DNA of 64,000 bases, from NCBI GenBank assembly GCA_965222375.1, contig CBDCTZ010000005.1, positions 544,001-608,000 of the forward strand, in the 5' to 3' direction. The notes beneath the pieces were generated by a model, which searched no databases, was not told the DNA's origin, and worked only from the letters and a program-made list of their open reading frames with translations. Within the stretch, counting starts at the first letter, position 1. Every line of letters starts with the position of its first letter. This document shows positions 59,869-64,000 of the stretch, piece by piece. Origin of the DNA: Polyangiaceae bacterium (GTDB taxonomy: Bacteria > Myxococcota_A > Polyangia > Polyangiales > Polyangiaceae). Both the position numbers and the translations under genes were made by a program.

Positions 59869-59944
59869 CGCTCAGTTGCTGCACATTCCCCGAATTATCG
59901 GGCAACGCCTCCCCGGATCGTCGAAGGCGCGCTAGGATGAGCGG

Positions 59945-60703
59945 ATGCAACGGAGCCCAATCGCAGCCGTCATTGTGACGCTGGCGGCGTCCTCGGCCTG
60001 CGCCACGGGCGAGGAAATCGACGATCTCGGCGGTGCTGGCTTCGCGGGTTACGCCGGATTTGGCGGCACGGCCGGATCCAGTGCCGGAGGCAGCGGCGGG
60101 ATCAGCAGCGGCGGCTTCGGCGCGCTGCCCACGGGCGGTACGGCCGGAATGGCTGGCGCCGCCACGGGCGGAGTGGGCGGCAGCGGCGGCGGCGTGGGAG
60201 GAAGTGGCGCCACTGCCAGTGGCGGCTCTAGCGGGACTAGTGGCACCGGCGGCCTAGGCGGCACGGGCGGCAGCAGCGGCTGCGGCGCGCCGAACACCTG
60301 CAGTACGGCTACGCCCAAGGGATCCGTCACGGGGGACGATGGCACCAAGACCGTCACCGTCACCGGCATGGGGTCCCTATTCGTGAAGCTGCGCGTCACG
60401 GAAGACAACCACAGCGTGCTCGGAGAAGACCTGGAGCTAGCCGTCGCGCTGACCGTACCGAGCGGGGCCGATCTCGACGTTTACGGCTATGTCAACGAGT
60501 CTGCGGACATCTCGCCCTGCGGCATGCAACCCCGCGGCAAGAGCGACTCCGGCGGTACCAGCGCCAACGAGAGCTTCAAGCTCAAGTGGGGGGAAGGCAC
60601 CATCGCCAACGGCAGCAGCGAAAGCCGGGATGTGGTCGTCGAGGTGCGGCAAAAGTCCGGTACTTGTTCGCAATGGACCCTGAAGCTGACCGGCGATCCC
60701 TAA
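59945..60703 (+). CDS. Gly-rich lipoprotein with C-terminal beta-sandwich (PPC-like) domain
   Basis: SSAC lipobox-like; Gly linker; ADLDVYGY; VVVEVRQ. Confidence 0.7.
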   Translation: MQRSPIAAVIVTLAASSACATGEEIDDLGGAGFAGYAGFGGTAGSSAGGSGGISSGGFGALPTGGTAGMAGAATGGVGGSGGGVGGSGATASGGSSGTSGTGGLGGTGGSSGCGAPNTCSTATPKGSVTGDDGTKTVTVTGMGSLFVKLRVTEDNHSVLGEDLELAVALTVPSGADLDVYGYVNESADISPCGMQPRGKSDSGGTSANESFKLKWGEGTIANGSSESRDVVVEVRQKSGTCSQWTLKLTGDP

Positions 60704-60780
60704 TCCGCCACGTCTGCTAGCGGGCGGCCGCAACCTACCGGGCCGAATGCGGCAAAACGCGTGATACATGGTTGGTCGAC

Positions 60781-62901
60781 ATGCGTAGCCGCTGGTTCCA
60801 CAGGCCCGCTCTACACAGCCCCGCCCTGGGGCTGGAAAAGAAAGCCACCTGGCTGGAGCTTTTCTACGATCTGATCTTCGTTGCAGCGTTCATTCAGCTC
60901 GGCAACGGCTTGAGCCAGAACGCCACGCCGGCCGGCTATGCCGCATTCTTCGCCATGTTTGCGCCGCTGTGGATCTCTTGGACGGGCTTCACGTTCTACG
61001 AAAACCGATACACCGTCGACGATTTCCTCCACCGCGTGGTGGTTTTGCTACAGATGTTCGCGGTGGCTGGCATGGCCATCAGCGCGCCCACGGTGCTCGA
61101 AGGCAAGACCGTGGCGTTCAGCGCTGCAGCCGGAGTTTCGCAACTGCTGGTCGTCGTCATGTACGCGCGATCCAGCGCGCAGGCCTCCGAGGCCAAGTCC
61201 TATAGCCGCCACTGGGGCGGCGTGTTCGCGCTGGCGGGGGCGCTCTGGATCGGCTCAGCATTCGTGCGGGGGCCATTGGTGTTCGCCATGTGGGCCTTCG
61301 CGACCGTGCTGGTCTTGGCCTCACCTCTCAGCCGACAATCCCGGGCCCTCCAAGAGCGCTTTCCCATCGACTTCGAGCATCTGGGCGAACGCTACGCATT
61401 GCTCACGCTCATCGTACTCGGCGAAAGCTTCGTCAAAGTGCTCAGTAGCTTGGCGGCCACGGGCGCCGGCCTGTCCTTGTACCTTCAAGCGGGAAGCGTG
61501 CTGCTGATCACTTGCGGCTTGTGGTGGGTCTATTTCGACGACGTCGCTGGCTCGCACGTACGGAAGGGTCGCGCCCAGTGGATTATATGGCTCTACTCCC
61601 ACCTACCCCTGCAGGTCGGCATCACGGCTGTCGGCGTGGCTCTGAAGAAGGCGGTCTATTTCGGCTGGGACGCCCCCGCTCCCACGGCCTACCGCTGGCT
61701 GCTGGCGGGCTCTTTGGCCCTGGCCTACGCCAGCGTCGCCGCCATCGACTCGGTGACCGAGCGCCGACAAGCAGAACTTTCGGACCGGTCCCGGGTGAAC
61801 ATGCGGATCTTCTCGGCGGTCGTGCTCCTACTCCTCGCGCCCGCAGGGCGCGGCATGAGCGGCGGAGCATTCTTGAGTCTGATCATGTTGGTCAACGTTG
61901 GCCAGGTCGTGTTCGACATGATGATGGCGCCCTTCGAGGAGGCCAAACACGCGGAGCTCGGCGCCAAGTCGAGCAGCGAGATTGCCAGAGACCGCGCAGC
62001 AGCCGGTGACACATCACCGCTGAAGATACAACGAAAGCTCTCGGACGCCGTTCGCAAGGGCACTCCCAGTGAACTGCGCCGGGATATCTACTTCTACTTC
62101 ATCGAAGGCAGCTGGACGCGCGTCTTCGTCGCCCTGACCTTCCTCTTCGTCGTGGCGAACGTTCTATTCGCGGCGCTGTACATGCTCGAACCGGGCTCCG
62201 TGCTTGGCGCGGACAACGTCAGCTTCCAGGAAGCATTCTTTTTCAGCGTGCAGACCTTCTCGACCATCGGCTACGGCGTGCTTTCGCCAGGCAACGCATG
62301 GGGCAACGCAGTCGTGACCGCCGAGGCCGCGGTCAGCCTTCTCAGCGTAGCGCTTGCCACGGGCCTGGTTTTCGCCAAGGCCAGCCGCGCCAAAGCCAGC
62401 GTGCTCTTTTCCAAGCCGCTGCTGCTCACCACCATGCATGGCAAACCGACGCTGACTTTTCGCGTCGGCAATGCTCGAGGCAACGAGGTCGTCGATGCCA
62501 GCGTCACGATGACCGTGGTCCTGGACACCATCACCCCCGAGGGACACCACCTTCGCCGGCTGCGCGACCTCAAGCTCACCCGTAGTCGCAGCCCGATCTT
62601 CACGCTCACTTGGACGGTCATGCACGAAATCGACGAGGACAGTCCTCTCAACGGCATGAACTTCGATTCCCCGGACTTGCCGGTCGTAAGCGTCATCGTC
62701 ACCCTTGTGGGCCACGATGGGACCTATGGGCAAACCATCTATGCGCGCCATCAGTACACCGTCGATGACCTCCGCCCCAACCACCGCTTCATGGACGTCA
62801 TAAGCGAACTCGAAGATGGCCGGATCATGATCGACTACGGCCGCTTTCACGACATCGAGCCGGATGAGCCGGCCAGCACCGCGCGGGATCCAGAGCGCTG
62901 A
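60781..62901 (+). CDS. LtrA (low-temperature requirement A) domain fused to inward-rectifier (KirBac-like) potassium channel
   Basis: ATWLELFYDLIFV and HLGERYALLTLIVLGES (LtrA); FFFSVQTFSTIGYG, FRVGNAR, WTVMHEIDEDSPL, IDYGRFH (Kir); single open frame. Confidence 0.9.
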   Translation: MRSRWFHRPALHSPALGLEKKATWLELFYDLIFVAAFIQLGNGLSQNATPAGYAAFFAMFAPLWISWTGFTFYENRYTVDDFLHRVVVLLQMFAVAGMAISAPTVLEGKTVAFSAAAGVSQLLVVVMYARSSAQASEAKSYSRHWGGVFALAGALWIGSAFVRGPLVFAMWAFATVLVLASPLSRQSRALQERFPIDFEHLGERYALLTLIVLGESFVKVLSSLAATGAGLSLYLQAGSVLLITCGLWWVYFDDVAGSHVRKGRAQWIIWLYSHLPLQVGITAVGVALKKAVYFGWDAPAPTAYRWLLAGSLALAYASVAAIDSVTERRQAELSDRSRVNMRIFSAVVLLLLAPAGRGMSGGAFLSLIMLVNVGQVVFDMMMAPFEEAKHAELGAKSSSEIARDRAAAGDTSPLKIQRKLSDAVRKGTPSELRRDIYFYFIEGSWTRVFVALTFLFVVANVLFAALYMLEPGSVLGADNVSFQEAFFFSVQTFSTIGYGVLSPGNAWGNAVVTAEAAVSLLSVALATGLVFAKASRAKASVLFSKPLLLTTMHGKPTLTFRVGNARGNEVVDASVTMTVVLDTITPEGHHLRRLRDLKLTRSRSPIFTLTWTVMHEIDEDSPLNGMNFDSPDLPVVSVIVTLVGHDGTYGQTIYARHQYTVDDLRPNHRFMDVISELEDGRIMIDYGRFHDIEPDEPASTARDPER

Positions 62902-63171
62902 CACATCGGGGCAGTGTGGTTCCCGACAGCCGATCGGCGAAGTTGACAGACGCCAACAGACTTCGAGCCAGCTGTCCCTCCGAACCAGATCCCTGCGCCC
63001 CCGCGGACAGCTTTCCACCGTATTCCGGGAGGAACACTCGCAATCAACGGATGGGTAGGACGCATGCACACATGGTAGGATACTCACACCGCGCAAGACG
63101 CAGTCCGTGCGAAACGCACAGGTGTATTCGACCAGGCCACCACATAGTGCAATTCTCTGGACCTGCGCCCG

Positions 63172-64000
63172 ATGATCGCTGAATTCCACCTACGCATTAC
63201 GGCGCCCTTGCTTCGCTGGGTTCGCGACACTCATGGGGAAGACGCGCTCGCAGCCATCGCGGATGAAACCAAGTTGGACCCAACCGACCTGACGCGAGGC
63301 ACGCGCTGGGTCGATCATCCGACCTTCGAGGCCGTGCTCTCAGCGTGCCGAGACCTGACCAACAGCGATGAAGCATTCGTAGCGGCGTGCGCCTATCAAA
63401 TGGGTGAGCACGACGCACCTCCGCGCCTGCTGAGGGGCGCGATCGGCCCCCACGCCGCGTACGTCCTGGGCGCGCGTCACATGCGGCTCATCGCTCGCGT
63501 CTGCTCTTTCAGGGTCACGCGCCTCGCGGGCGGTTCTCTGCGCATCCAGTACCAAAGCGAAAAACCCGAGAGCAAACTGATGTGTCTCTCGCGCCAAGCA
63601 CAAATGACCCACATGCCCGAGCTGTGGGGGCTGCCCCCCGCACGACTCGAACACCCGAGATGCATTGCCCGTGGCGACGAGTGTTGCGAATACCGACTGC
63701 GCGTCTACTCACGCCCACGCTGGCTTGTGCCCATGGGCGGACTCCTACTGGCAGGTGGCCTGGGGACGGCCCTCTGGAACTGGATCGGCATCGATGCCTT
63801 TCACGCAATACTGGTCGCACTGCTCGGCGCTGGCGCCGGCCAAGTCTTCGAGCTTCGCAGAGCACTGCGTATCAACCAGAGTGTTGCCCTCGCCGTGAAC
63901 GACGAATCCATTTCGGTCTTCGCAAAGGAGGTGGAAGCCCGTAGCGAGCTACTCGAGCTCGCAGGCCGTCAACAGCGCTGGGTAGATCTCATGGAGCAGC
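63172..64000 (+). CDS. membrane-bound sensor protein, partial (N-terminal V4R-like domain, 2 TM helices, coiled coil); runs off window end
   Basis: Manual translation MIAEFHLRIT..MCLSR..LEHPRCIARGDECCEYRL..TM..; open to the end; upstream in-frame TAG at 63145 bounds the start. Confidence 0.75.
   Translation, partial: MIAEFHLRITAPLLRWVRDTHGEDALAAIADETKLDPTDLTRGTRWVDHPTFEAVLSACRDLTNSDEAFVAACAYQMGEHDAPPRLLRGAIGPHAAYVLGARHMRLIARVCSFRVTRLAGGSLRIQYQSEKPESKLMCLSRQAQMTHMPELWGLPPARLEHPRCIARGDECCEYRLRVYSRPRWLVPMGGLLLAGGLGTALWNWIGIDAFHAILVALLGAGAGQVFELRRALRINQSVALAVNDESISVFAKEVEARSELLELAGRQQRWVDLMEQ

Noticed and set aside
1..64000. Mobile elements, prophage, rRNA or tRNA
   Set aside because: No transposase, integrase or phage genes, and no RNA gene pattern or clear compositional break seen by eye

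Overview
GC-rich bacterial chromosomal segment, most likely from a myxobacterium (Myxococcota, Polyangiales-like), judged from a MYXO-CTERM protease, Gly-rich lipoproteins, a DUF1592/DUF1552 pair and FHA and FGE-sulfatase proteins. I found about 53 genes and no rRNA, tRNA, CRISPR array or mobile element. Housekeeping genes: mtnA (partial), gatB, a partial complex I operon (nuoA-B-C-D-G-H-I, with a ~155-aa hydrophobic insertion in NuoH), mutY, an ABC-F ATPase, aceE, PPi-PFK, msrA, a cysteine desulfurase and yhaO-yhaN. The most interesting part is a ~15-kb candidate oxidative/photo-oxidative stress island (34.7-50.1 kb). One half is a tightly coupled six-gene operon joining a UfaD/UfaO/UfaM-like fatty-acid modification trio (furan fatty acid type) to three exported lipoproteins: a parallel beta-helix protein, an atypical di-heme peroxidase and an SO2930-like di-heme cytochrome. 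The other half is an ECF sigma/ChrR-like cupin pair with a CGATCC-N16-CGTA motif upstream of itself and upstream of a split-DUF4331/TPR/double kappa-GST operon. Also notable: an LtrA-KirBac potassium channel fusion, a Zn-ribbon lipoprotein with YGxP repeats, one decayed gene and two homopolymer frameshifts. All family calls come from motif recognition; no searches were run.
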